From: a virus
Strand: one strand, 5' to 3'
IMG/VR virus record: IMGVR_UViG_3300025598_000020
DNA: 64,000 nt
Part shown: positions 40,115 to 48,504 of the stretch, piece by piece
How positions within the stretch are numbered: position 1 is the stretch's first letter
Layout: every line of letters starts with the position of its first letter
Translations under genes and position numbers: made by a program
Notes under the pieces: generated by a model
The model's database searches: none
Told to the model about the DNA's origin: nothing
Seen by the model: the letters and a program-made list of their open reading frames with translations, nothing else

Positions 40115-40712
40115 GTTCTGTTATCACTTCTTTAAGTATGTTTTTGAATTTAACTTTGTCGTATTGTATAAAAGGTGCATACTTTTCACATTTCAATCGC
40201 CAGTTGGGCCAGATAATATCATCGCTGATTTTACGGTCCCACATGGGAAAGAAGTTCATAATATCATTAAGTATGCACAAAGTTTCTACTGAAATAGTAC
40301 CGGACATTACCTCACGGAGTAAGGTTGGGTGTTGACCATCATTGACAATCAACATTTGTTCCGGTGAATCATTTCCTACAAGACCAAGTATATCATTTTC
40401 AAAGACATATGTCAAGCTTTGGTTTATCTTCTTCCACTTTTTGTATGCAACCTCACCTTCAGGTCCTGTCATTTCACCAACCCAAGATGCATCACCATAT
40501 ACAAAATTGGCAATGTAAAAGTTCCGTAATTCTTCCAAGGAAAACTTCCGTGAAAGTTTATAGAAACTGTATTTGTCTTTGCGTTTTAAGAATGTTTCTT
40601 TTGATACATTGGTCTTGCCATTATACTTAAAGAAGTCATAGGATTTTGAGGTGAAGTGTGTCTTCAATGCATTATAAAGAGCGAAAGAGGCAAAGCCTGT
40701 ACCTTCATTCAT
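40107..40712 (-). CDS. Helicase loader gp59
   Basis: Y.ALK.HF....YDFFKYNGK, F.KRKD.Y.F.KL; between gp33 and gp32 as in T4. Confidence 0.88.
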   Translation of the reverse strand: MNEGTGFASFALYNALKTHFTSKSYDFFKYNGKTNVSKETFLKRKDKYSFYKLSRKFSLEELRNFYIANFVYGDASWVGEMTGPEGEVAYKKWKKINQSLTYVFENDILGLVGNDSPEQMLIVNDGQHPTLLREVMSGTISVETLCILNDIMNFFPMWDRKISDDIIWPNWRLKCEKYAPFIQYDKVKFKNILKEVITEHA

Positions 40713-40933
40713 AGTGGAAGTTTAGATGATTTCTTGATTAGGTTAACTGATTGTGCTTCTTCACGGATTCTTGCTTTGAGGTATGGAGAAATCAAGGTGG
40801 CAGCCACCTCAATTTCAATACCAGTATCATCACAATGTTGAACAATGGCATCCATACAATGAATAGAGTGTGTATTGGCCAATGATTCAATCTTCAATGA
40901 GAAGTCACGGATTTCATCTTTAGTTGGCATCAC
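40709..40933 (-). CDS. Late-promoter transcription co-activator gp33
   Basis: FS..IE, DAIV..C...IE.E....LIS..LK.RI..EA...NLI. Confidence 0.85.
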   Translation of the reverse strand: MMPTKDEIRDFSLKIESLANTHSIHCMDAIVQHCDDTGIEIEVAATLISPYLKARIREEAQSVNLIKKSSKLPL

Positions 40934-41163
40934 TTAGCCTTCAATGCATAGACCATGCAAAGATTATCTGTCTGTGTTGCATATGCACACTTAACAGAGA
41001 TGGGATCAATACCTTTTTGAATGGCGGTGTCCATGTTGCCTGCCATGTTGTTTCGGTCATTGATGTTCGACAAATAACCACTAATGATTACCGATACGAT
41101 AACAATGGTGATACACGCCAATGAAGTAATAACAACTTTCATGTATGAATTTTGGTTTTCCAT
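40930..41163 (-). CDS. Small membrane protein (likely start MENQNS)
   Basis: One TM helix and AI.KGIDP.SV.CAY; the track ORF is over-extended into the upstream gene. Confidence 0.6.
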   Translation of the reverse strand: MENQNSYMKVVITSLACITIVIVSVIISGYLSNINDRNNMAGNMDTAIQKGIDPISVKCAYATQTDNLCMVYALKAK

Positions 41164-41164
41164 A

Positions 41165-41716
41165 TTAAATGATTTCCTTGTTTCTGTCAATTGAGTCTTT
41201 GTTGGATCGGTAGAAGATGTGCTGTCCGATTTGCTTGACTTTCTGCAAATGATTCCACCCAGGATGGATGTAATCTGCATGGTAGTATGTCGCACCGTCT
41301 GTAACATCTTTTTGCCTTTCATAGTTAACAACCAAATTGGTTGCGAGATCCAAGATTTCATTATACAACCTTTTATCGGTGATTGGCAAGCCTTTACCAT
41401 CTTTCTTTTCGCAATACCAAGAAAACTGACATGTACCGCCTGTCTTTTGCTTCACCACGGAACAAATATCTTCACCATAACCGGATTGTAAACGGTTAAT
41501 TGTAACGAAAGCAACGGCCTTCTTACCATCTAGTGGTTCGTGTGCTGCTTCGTGGTAGATATTTTGTGCCAAACAATTCACTTGAATCTTAGTTTCCTTA
41601 GACAGTGCATCATATGTGGTCTTAAACGGCAAGTTATATGTGTTTACATTCACACAAGATAACATCAGAATGATTGCTGAAAAGAATACTGCTACAAGTA
41701 TAAATCTACTTTGCAT
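41165..41716 (-). CDS. Cell wall hydrolase (SleB/Hydrolase_2)
   Basis: CLA.NIYHEA, AVA.VT.NR, CQFSW, GATYYHADY..P.W, IG.HIFY; N-terminal signal/anchor. Confidence 0.9.
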   Translation of the reverse strand: MQSRFILVAVFFSAIILMLSCVNVNTYNLPFKTTYDALSKETKIQVNCLAQNIYHEAAHEPLDGKKAVAFVTINRLQSGYGEDICSVVKQKTGGTCQFSWYCEKKDGKGLPITDKRLYNEILDLATNLVVNYERQKDVTDGATYYHADYIHPGWNHLQKVKQIGQHIFYRSNKDSIDRNKEII

Positions 41717-41774
41717 GTGATTCTCCAGTTAAATGGGTGGGTTTTGTAAGAACCCACCAAAACTTATTGGACTC

Positions 41775-42227
41775 TTAGAAAGAGAACTTTGCGCCTACAG
41801 CAACAGTATTACCGTCAAACTTCTTGTAACGTGAAGGACCATCTTGATAACGATAGTCAGCAGTCAAAGCAACGGCCTTTGTAACTGGAACAGTAACGCC
41901 TGCACCAACTTCGGCAACAAAACGGTCATCTTGCTTGATAGCCTTTGTGTCAAGATAACCAACACCGGCCTTAGCTGTCAATGTTGCACCATTGAATGTG
42001 ATAACATCATAACCAGCAGTTGCAACCAACTTGTCTAGATTACGTTTGATTTCACGGTCAGCTTCAGCAGTAACGCTAAACTTACCAAAGTGTTCACCAA
42101 CAGTCAAGCCATAACCATTACGGTCTTTCTTGCTGCTGTTGTCGATAGAACCATTAACACCAACTTCAACGGCTGATGCAACTCCAAATGCAGCCATCAA
42201 AGTGGCCAATAGAACTAACTTCTTCAT
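41775..42227 (-). CDS. Outer-membrane beta-barrel protein (OmpA/Ail/Lom-like)
   Basis: Signal peptide, alternating beta strands, C-terminal ..GAKFSF (BAM-type signal). Confidence 0.8.
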   Translation of the reverse strand: MKKLVLLATLMAAFGVASAVEVGVNGSIDNSSKKDRNGYGLTVGEHFGKFSVTAEADREIKRNLDKLVATAGYDVITFNGATLTAKAGVGYLDTKAIKQDDRFVAEVGAGVTVPVTKAVALTADYRYQDGPSRYKKFDGNTVAVGAKFSF

Positions 42228-42249
42228 TAAAAACTCCTTTAAGTTAAGA

Positions 42250-42570
42250 TAAGATGGTTGGTTATTCTGTTACGAGGAAACCAACCGAAACCCTAAGCTG
42301 CCTTTAAGCTGCTAATGCGAACTTTTCATCGTTTGCGTTTGTTTTGATTTAGTGTTTACGTCAACTCTGACGGATAGCCTAATATAATACTTGTTACCCT
42401 GTCGAAACCATTGCATCCCCATCATAAAAATTCAGGCTTAGATTATGTGGATGTCCGTGATACCTTAGTCATCTTCATTAACGCACGGCGCAGGCCTGAA
42501 TTTTTATGGTGGAGATGGGGAGAGTCGAACTCCCGTCCAGAATACTTTTCTTATACCAAGTTTACTATCA
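42250..42570 (-). ncRNA. ssrA: Circularly permuted (two-piece) tmRNA
   Basis: Acceptor piece about 42570-42507 ends GGGAGTTCGACTCTCCCCATCTCCACCA. Intervening segment 42506-42421. Coding piece starts GGGGATGCAATGGTTTCGAC at 42420. Tag ANDEKFALAA* at 42336-42304. G3.U70 pair present. Confidence 0.92.
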
Positions 42571-42573
42571 TTA

Positions 42574-42705
42574 TTAGCGCACCGCTTCGGTGTGCTTACC
42601 TTTGACAGACTTCTTTAATAACTTCAACCAAAATTTCTTGGCTTTTTCTAAGTTATGTTCAAACTCTGCACGATTTAGTTTTTGGATTAATTTTTTGATT
42701 TTCAT
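42574..42705 (-). CDS. Small basic hypothetical protein (43 aa)
   Basis: MKIKKLIQKLNRAEFEHNLEKAKKFWLKLLKKSVKGKHTEAVR; ATGA overlap with the upstream gene. Confidence 0.5.
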   Translation of the reverse strand: MKIKKLIQKLNRAEFEHNLEKAKKFWLKLLKKSVKGKHTEAVR

Positions 42706-43028
42706 TGATTTGGTACCAATACAATTCGTTTAGTGTTAGTCTGAGGGTCAAACATCTCTTGCCAATGATAACCTGGTGGTGGTAATTGAACCGTAGGTTG
42801 TGGTGGCTGAATGTATACTGGTGGTTGTTGAATGTAAACCGGTGATTGTTCAACCATAATAGGTCTAGGTTGTGATGCAAGTTCAACACCAATCACAACA
42901 CCAGCAGCCAATGGCACCCAACCAACACTAGGACCACCCCAATGGTGATGAGGACGATAACAACAGTAATCAGCAGAGGCCGCAGTTGCTAAAGTCGCCA
43001 ATAAGAATAAAGTAATAAATTTTTTCAT
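42702..43028 (-). CDS. Secreted proline-rich protein (likely start MKKFIT)
   Basis: Signal peptide, PVYIQQPP repeats. Confidence 0.7.
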   Translation of the reverse strand: MKKFITLFLLATLATAASADYCCYRPHHHWGGPSVGWVPLAAGVVIGVELASQPRPIMVEQSPVYIQQPPVYIQPPQPTVQLPPPGYHWQEMFDPQTNTKRIVLVPNQ

Positions 43029-43034
43029 GGTGAT

Positions 43035-43063
43035 ATTATAACCTTTCTTGGAAAGTTTGTCAA
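43035..43063 (-). promoter_or_regulatory. Consensus sigma70 promoter, likely leaderless mRNA
   Basis: TTGACA-17-TATAAT with 6 nt to the ATG at 43028. Confidence 0.8.
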
Positions 43064-43545
43064 GCGTTAATTTCTTTATATACCACAAGACCAGTAAAAC
43101 TAGTCATCTTCTCTTGAACCTTGAATAAATTATGATGATAACCTATTTGTACATTCACATCCACACTAGGATCATATGAATCATTTAGTTTATTTAGGAG
43201 ATTTACCTTATTTTGCACATCCTGAGCAACTGCCTCTTCTAAAGTATCAAATTCCAATTCAGTTTTTGCAAAGTTATCCACAGCCAAATACGTTGATTTG
43301 TAGTATTCTGGATGTAATCTTTTCTTTACACGGTCAAAAACATGGTGTGAAAGGTGTGTTTCTTCCCAATCTTCCAACCATTCAGGTTTACCTTTTGATG
43401 CAATGAATTCTTTAATCTCACCATTAGGTTTACCGAACATATTTGCATTTTTAAGGAAGTTTACAACATCTGGACACATACCAAAAGAAACATATTCTCT
43501 TTCTGTTAAAATGGTTGTGTCATCAAAGTCTATTGGTTTATCCAT
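43060..43545 (-). CDS. Hypothetical protein
   Basis: 161-aa ORF coupled to its neighbours. Confidence 0.6.
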   Translation of the reverse strand: MDKPIDFDDTTILTEREYVSFGMCPDVVNFLKNANMFGKPNGEIKEFIASKGKPEWLEDWEETHLSHHVFDRVKKRLHPEYYKSTYLAVDNFAKTELEFDTLEEAVAQDVQNKVNLLNKLNDSYDPSVDVNVQIGYHHNLFKVQEKMTSFTGLVVYKEINA

Positions 43546-44200
43546 GATTGTGGTAGTAATTGATTGCTTCGGCTAAGCCATCAATATGATCCTGCACATT
43601 CTCTTTAAAAATTAATGGGTCTGAATCTTTGACAGCCATGATAATGATTAAGTTATTTATTGGTCTGCCAATCATTTCTTCATACATGAGGCTGTATGCT
43701 GTCGTTTGCCAGAAGTAATCAAGAATATCTTCTCTCTTTTTTACTCTTGATGAGGTTTTAAAGTCAATAACTGCCAATTCACCTTCATATTCTGCAATAC
43801 AATCTACACGACCAGCCATTCCCAACTGTTTAGACCACAATGCAGCCTCTTGGTAATGAATGTTGTTAATCTTATTAAGATATGGTTTGATAGACAAGAA
43901 GTATTCCAAGGCATCAGGCATGATACCTTTCATATAATCTTGTTTGTTGTTAAGATAGTTTTCGCAAATCGTATGAACATTGGTGCCACGTGAAGTGGCT
44001 TGTTTGCTGATACGATTGGCTTCTTCATCACCAACACGCTTGCGCCATTCAAAAATGGCTTGTTTTTTCTGAACACCGAGAACGGTGGTTACAGAAGGCA
44101 AACGAGTACCATCTTCAAGAGTATAGTATCGTTTACCGTCAGGAAAAGTTTCAGATTTTAAGTCACTAAGTTCCCGTGGAGGGCAATAATTAAATGTCAT
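43538..44200 (-). CDS. PD-(D/E)XK exonuclease (Cas4-like phage nuclease)
   Basis: PSVTTVL, W..RVG..EA.RI...A..RGT.VH, AGRVDCIAE, IDFKTS, Q..AY. Confidence 0.85.
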   Translation of the reverse strand: MTFNYCPPRELSDLKSETFPDGKRYYTLEDGTRLPSVTTVLGVQKKQAIFEWRKRVGDEEANRISKQATSRGTNVHTICENYLNNKQDYMKGIMPDALEYFLSIKPYLNKINNIHYQEAALWSKQLGMAGRVDCIAEYEGELAVIDFKTSSRVKKREDILDYFWQTTAYSLMYEEMIGRPINNLIIIMAVKDSDPLIFKENVQDHIDGLAEAINYYHNHG

Positions 44201-44450
44201 TAGGTTTTGTTTCGTTGATTGTGGCAGTGGAGGTACTCTTATCGAAAGTTATATACCCATCACAGGCCATATTCCAATCATCACCACCAATACCGTTGCC
44301 GGTCACTTCATCATATACAGGAACATTTACCTTGAAATGTTTTACCAAATATTCTTTTTCACGATTTTCAAAGACACGCCAAGCGTGGTCTAAAGAACCA
44401 CGACCTGTTTGTCCTCTACTTTTGTTAAATCTAATTGTATAATGGTTCAT
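44190..44450 (-). CDS. Hypothetical protein (likely start MNHYTIRFNKSRG)
   Basis: ORF coupled within the operon. Confidence 0.6.
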   Translation of the reverse strand: MNHYTIRFNKSRGQTGRGSLDHAWRVFENREKEYLVKHFKVNVPVYDEVTGNGIGGDDWNMACDGYITFDKSTSTATINETKPNDI

Positions 44451-44454
44451 TTTT

Positions 44455-45027
44455 TTACCTAAAAGGAGGTCCTTCAACCCAAACAACAAGGCTATATCTG
44501 GTGCCTTTTGTTACTGGTTTAACTTCATGTAAAGTGTAACTAGGAAAAGCTGCAGCAAAACCAAAGTCTTTTGGTGCTGAAACACCTTTTTTTTCGGCAT
44601 ACAACATCAATTCTCCACCTTCATAATCATTTGGGTCAGATAATTGTATAGTCAAAGATAATTTGCGTCTTGGTTGTGATGGAGTAATATCTATATGTTT
44701 AGAATAATTACCACCGGGTGCCGCATAACGAGTAAATTGTATTTTATTAAAATATTCCAAATCATAATGAAATACATTTTCATTTACATTATTTACTGCA
44801 TCTGTAATTCTTCTAAAAATCCATTCGTTTTCTGAATTTGCAGACAAAAAATTTATATCACTATTTCTATATTCAGAATCAACAATACCTTCAGACAAAC
44901 TGCCTTGAATCTTAGCAGGTTCGAGTGATTTGGTGCCAATTTCTATTATTTGTTTGCATTCGTCTGAAGTAAACAAATTTTCAACATAAGCCCAAGAATT
45001 ATAATACGGTTTTTTTAAACGCCACAT
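44455..45027 (-). CDS. 2OG-Fe(II) oxygenase (prolyl-4-hydroxylase-like)
   Basis: HxD, RKLS.TIQLSDP.DYEGGEL, FPSY.LHEV.PVTKG.RYSLV.W. Confidence 0.9.
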   Translation of the reverse strand: MWRLKKPYYNSWAYVENLFTSDECKQIIEIGTKSLEPAKIQGSLSEGIVDSEYRNSDINFLSANSENEWIFRRITDAVNNVNENVFHYDLEYFNKIQFTRYAAPGGNYSKHIDITPSQPRRKLSLTIQLSDPNDYEGGELMLYAEKKGVSAPKDFGFAAAFPSYTLHEVKPVTKGTRYSLVVWVEGPPFR

Positions 45028-45042
45028 AATATATAAATTATT

Positions 45043-45765
45043 TTATAGAATTTCTGTTGGTGTATTATTTACATCAGTCAATTGTTGTCTGGCAGGTTGA
45101 ATACTCATATTGAAGTGAATAAACCTGAATGGTTTCTTAGAACCGTGTCTACTGAAAGCATGAGGTAACCATGCGGGTGCAAACATAAACATACCGGGTT
45201 TTGGTGCAAAGTTAACTGCGGTGGAACCAAGTGTTACATCAGCCATGTTACGTTCTGGCAAGTTGATTTGTTTCTTTGCTGGCCTTGGGTCATGAATAAC
45301 CACATGGGAACAATCCGGCGGACACTCTAAGAAATAAAAACCAGTTAATTGGGCACCAAATGGGTGTACATGTTCTTCATTAGCTGAGTGCATATGGTGG
45401 TCTTGTAACCACCAATCAGTAAGAGTTACCTCAAATAGATTCATATCAAACCCTTGTTCATTCAAGATATTCCAACCTGTATGTACAGTCCATGAAACCA
45501 TTTCACGAATACGTTCATCCATTACATGACTTTCACTCATCGTAACAGGATATAATTTTTCAGCTAATTTGTTTTTAGGTCCTTTTGCCTTCTCCATTTT
45601 TGCTTTTTCCAAATACTCACGACCAACACCATTGATTGTGTTTAACCATTCTGGTTTTTCAATAGTGTAGATGGGAGTGGGAAAATAAAAGTTAACAGCA
45701 AGTTGGTCCTTAGGAATTCCACAGGCTGGTGCGTCAGAAACTTCACCAATGATTTCGGTTGTCAT
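45043..45765 (-). CDS. Putative 2OG-Fe(II) oxygenase (TIGR02466-like)
   Basis: FPTPIY, HVH, G.YFL, HDPRP, P.WL.H, HFN. Confidence 0.8.
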   Translation of the reverse strand: MTTEIIGEVSDAPACGIPKDQLAVNFYFPTPIYTIEKPEWLNTINGVGREYLEKAKMEKAKGPKNKLAEKLYPVTMSESHVMDERIREMVSWTVHTGWNILNEQGFDMNLFEVTLTDWWLQDHHMHSANEEHVHPFGAQLTGFYFLECPPDCSHVVIHDPRPAKKQINLPERNMADVTLGSTAVNFAPKPGMFMFAPAWLPHAFSRHGSKKPFRFIHFNMSIQPARQQLTDVNNTPTEIL

Positions 45766-45790
45766 AATATCTCCAAAGTTTAATTATGTA

Positions 45791-45819
45791 ATTGTATCAC
45801 TTATTATATATTGTGTCAA
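45791..45819 (-). promoter_or_regulatory. Sigma70-type promoter
   Basis: TTGACA-17-TACAAT. Confidence 0.7.
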
Positions 45820-45843
45820 GCCACCTCGGTGGCTTGAGGTGGA

Positions 45844-46128
45844 TCAAGTGTTTGCTGTGTTTGCTAATGCAGCCATTTGTTGCGTGAGTGAAATCAATTG
45901 TGCTTGTAGTTGTGCTAGTGTTGGTGTTGCTTCTACCACAATTCGTTCTGGTTCTGGAGGAGCTATAAAAACACCGTTATTGTATGTGTGACCCATGTCA
46001 ACATACGGTTTATCTTCGATGTTGATTACTAGATGTTTATCCAATGGAGTCCAAGGAGTTTCTCCATCCCATAGAACAAGATTTTCCACTATATTAGTTT
46101 CTTTATTTACAAGTGCATGTCTTAACAT
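45844..46128 (-). CDS. Tail fibre assembly-like small protein (likely start MLRHAL)
   Basis: V.N...WDG...W.P...G.TY..G.F.AP pattern; AGGA RBS; follows the Gly-rich gene. Confidence 0.6.
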   Translation of the reverse strand: MLRHALVNKETNIVENLVLWDGETPWTPLDKHLVINIEDKPYVDMGHTYNNGVFIAPPEPERIVVEATPTLAQLQAQLISLTQQMAALANTANT

Positions 46129-46138
46129 TTTTATTTCC

Positions 46139-47167
46139 TTACCACGAATAAACAATAACTTGGCCGTTGCCACCAGCACCACCATTTCCAGATGATCCAC
46201 CTTGATATGCTGCTCCGCCTCCTCCTCCACCACCAGAAGGAAATCCACCTGCACCACCAGGACCACCGTTGACTCCACCTGATCCAGAACCACCACCTCC
46301 GCCGCCACTGCCACTACCATAGTATGAATTTTTTGATCCGGCTGTTCCTGCTGTTCCACTATTAGCAGCTGAACCTTGTGGTCCTTTTGGACAAGATAAA
46401 TATCCGCAAATACCTAATCCCGATGGTCCACCGTACGCACCACCATTGCCAATCTTTGTACATGACGAACAATAGAAATGTCCGCCATATCCACCTCCTC
46501 CGCCACCCCATATAGAACCGCCGGCACCTGAACGACAATCATGGCAATAAATGACTTGTCTTCCTAAACCAGCTCCTCCACCCCATTCGGCGCTGTTGCC
46601 ATTGCCCTGAGATCCGTAAGCCCCGGAGCCGCCTACCGTACATAAAACAAAGTACGGGCCGCCGACACTAACTCTTGGAAAAGAATAACCGCAACAGTTT
46701 TGATATAATGGAGCTGAACTAGCTCCTCCTCCGCCACCGCCTTGGGAGAACTTAGTTTTGGCACTAGGACCAGCTCCACCTCCAAAAGCATAAAAACTTC
46801 CAAAAGATGAGTTTCCTCCGGCGGAGCCGGCATTTCCAGAAGAAGCGTAGGTTGCGGATCCGGAACCACCAGTTCCTCCACTTCCTACGGTAACCGAAAC
46901 TGTAGAAGGTAAACAAGCAGCTAAAGTAAACAATCTATATCTTGCTCCGCCTCCTCCACCGGGACCGGCCGTATATGCTGTACCACCTACTCCTGCGGCA
47001 CCCCCACCACCAGCACCCCATACACACACTTGAACAAAAGTTACGCCCGCTGGTTTAGTCCATGTTCCACTTGAAGTAAATTTTTGTACATTGGGTGAAC
47101 CTGCAGCTGAAGTTTGTATAGTTGAGTCCGGAAATTGAACTCCGGTAGATACGAGAGATACTGACAT
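46139..47167 (-). CDS. Glycine-rich adhesin/fibre protein
   Basis: FTSSGTWTKP.G...V.V.GAGGGG, polyglycine blocks, GG.G.VIV.W terminus. Confidence 0.8.
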   Translation of the reverse strand: MSVSLVSTGVQFPDSTIQTSAAGSPNVQKFTSSGTWTKPAGVTFVQVCVWGAGGGGAAGVGGTAYTAGPGGGGGARYRLFTLAACLPSTVSVTVGSGGTGGSGSATYASSGNAGSAGGNSSFGSFYAFGGGAGPSAKTKFSQGGGGGGASSAPLYQNCCGYSFPRVSVGGPYFVLCTVGGSGAYGSQGNGNSAEWGGGAGLGRQVIYCHDCRSGAGGSIWGGGGGGYGGHFYCSSCTKIGNGGAYGGPSGLGICGYLSCPKGPQGSAANSGTAGTAGSKNSYYGSGSGGGGGGSGSGGVNGGPGGAGGFPSGGGGGGGAAYQGGSSGNGGAGGNGQVIVYSW

Positions 47168-47274
47168 TTAAATGCTCCTTAAGATGTGATATAAACAGTC
47201 ACATTTACTACCTTATTAATGTTCAAACTGTTATATATTGTCATTTTTTATTCTTTTTATAGTTGACACGTTTC

Positions 47275-47282
47275 TATTTATA
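47275..47282 (-). promoter_or_regulatory. T4-type late promoter
   Basis: TATAAATA upstream of the Gly-rich gene; related NATAAATA boxes precede several structural genes. Confidence 0.6.
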
Positions 47283-47286
47283 TAGG

Positions 47287-48051
47287 TTAATATCCAAGTT
47301 TGTCACACGCCACAATCCAAGATTTCACCAAACTACTTCTTACAATATCGTCTGGTGTAAACTGAATTTCACTAAAATCATCCATATGTCTGGCCACGTC
47401 CAAAAATGCTTGTAATCCAGATACATCATTTCTACTCTTAATCAAGTCATTTTGTTTCAAGTCACCGATAAAAATAATCTTAGAACGGTGACCGACACGA
47501 GAAATCACCGAATTCAATTCATGGAAGGTCATTGACTGACATTCATCCACGATAATGATTGAATTATCGATAGAAATACCACGTATGGCAGTAGTAGATA
47601 TAAACCTGGCATGTCCTTGCTCCTTTAATCTGTCCCACGCATCCTTACGACCGAAAAGTGTCTCACAAATTTCTTTGTAAGGCACCTCATAAATCTCCAT
47701 CTTTTCTTCCAAAGTACCAGGAACATAACCTTGGTCACGAACCTGAACTGCCGAACGAACCACTACAACGTGTTCAAACGGATTGCTTCTGTCTAATACT
47801 TCCTCAATTGCTCTATACAATGCTAAGAATGTTTTACCTACACCTGGTGAGCCTAACAGACCCATGAAGTAATCACCTCTTTTATACGCATCAAAAAACT
47901 TTTGTTGATTCGATGTCAACGCCTCAAAAGTTTTCAAGTGGTCCAGTTTAATCTTTAATGCGTTTGAAGTGACTGGTTGATGTATATAAGTTACTGTATC
48001 GTCAGCCACATCTTCACGTTTTTGTAATGCACTTTTTCTATTGCTTGCCAT
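47287..48051 (-). CDS. phoH: PhoH-family ATPase (likely start MASNRK)
   Basis: G.PG.GKTFLA, GYVPG.LEEK, IRG.S...IIVDECQ, GD..Q.D, DIVRS.LV. Confidence 0.92.
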   Translation of the reverse strand: MASNRKSALQKREDVADDTVTYIHQPVTSNALKIKLDHLKTFEALTSNQQKFFDAYKRGDYFMGLLGSPGVGKTFLALYRAIEEVLDRSNPFEHVVVVRSAVQVRDQGYVPGTLEEKMEIYEVPYKEICETLFGRKDAWDRLKEQGHARFISTTAIRGISIDNSIIIVDECQSMTFHELNSVISRVGHRSKIIFIGDLKQNDLIKSRNDVSGLQAFLDVARHMDDFSEIQFTPDDIVRSSLVKSWIVACDKLGY

Positions 48052-48222
48052 TGAGACCTTCCTTGCTGGTTGTTTATGAGTTTTATTTGGAAGTTTTGTT
48101 GTAGACAGGTGTATCCTTTCTAAGCAGTGCTGGCACTTTTGGTTGAGGTTTCTTCTTGGTGGGTTGTAGATATACCTGTGGTTTGTAAAAACCACCACCA
48201 AGAAGGGCGGGAATTCTTTGTA

Positions 48223-48504
48223 TTACCATTCTCTGGGGATGCTTGTTTTGTGAGTTTCACCTAAACGATTACCAGCCACATTCTCTTTCATGCGACCAAT
48301 AACGTATTTTTGGAATGTGGAATCTGGACGACCAACACCAGGAACACTTAGACGTTGACCATCGGACATAACGTGAAGTGATTCAACGCTATGGTATCGT
48401 TCAAGGTGTGGGTTTTGTTCCTTGAATTCATCAAGGACTTTATACGACATGGTGTGTTCTTCAACTTCACCAGTGTTTTTGTTTAAAAAATCATATCGTG
48501 GCAT
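48223..48504 (-). CDS. Conserved T4-like small protein (FmdB-like position)
   Basis: MP.Y.F.N..TGEV.E..MS....F...NPHL pattern upstream of phoH. Confidence 0.65.
   Translation of the reverse strand: MPRYDFLNKNTGEVEEHTMSYKVLDEFKEQNPHLERYHSVESLHVMSDGQRLSVPGVGRPDSTFQKYVIGRMKENVAGNRLGETHKTSIPREW

Noticed and set aside
42507-42545. Stand-alone tRNA gene
   Set aside because: There is no anticodon or D arm upstream; the T-arm and CCA belong to the permuted tmRNA.
42411-42605. Plus-strand 64-aa ORF (..WWRWGESNSRP..)
   Set aside because: It is the antisense shadow of the tmRNA.
43538-44200. Cas4 as part of a CRISPR-Cas system
   Set aside because: It is a common solo phage exonuclease with no cas genes or array nearby.
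48052-48201. 50-aa N-terminal extension of PhoH in the ORF track
   Set aside because: A better RBS (AAGGAAGG) precedes the ATG at 48051; the extension is not PhoH-like.
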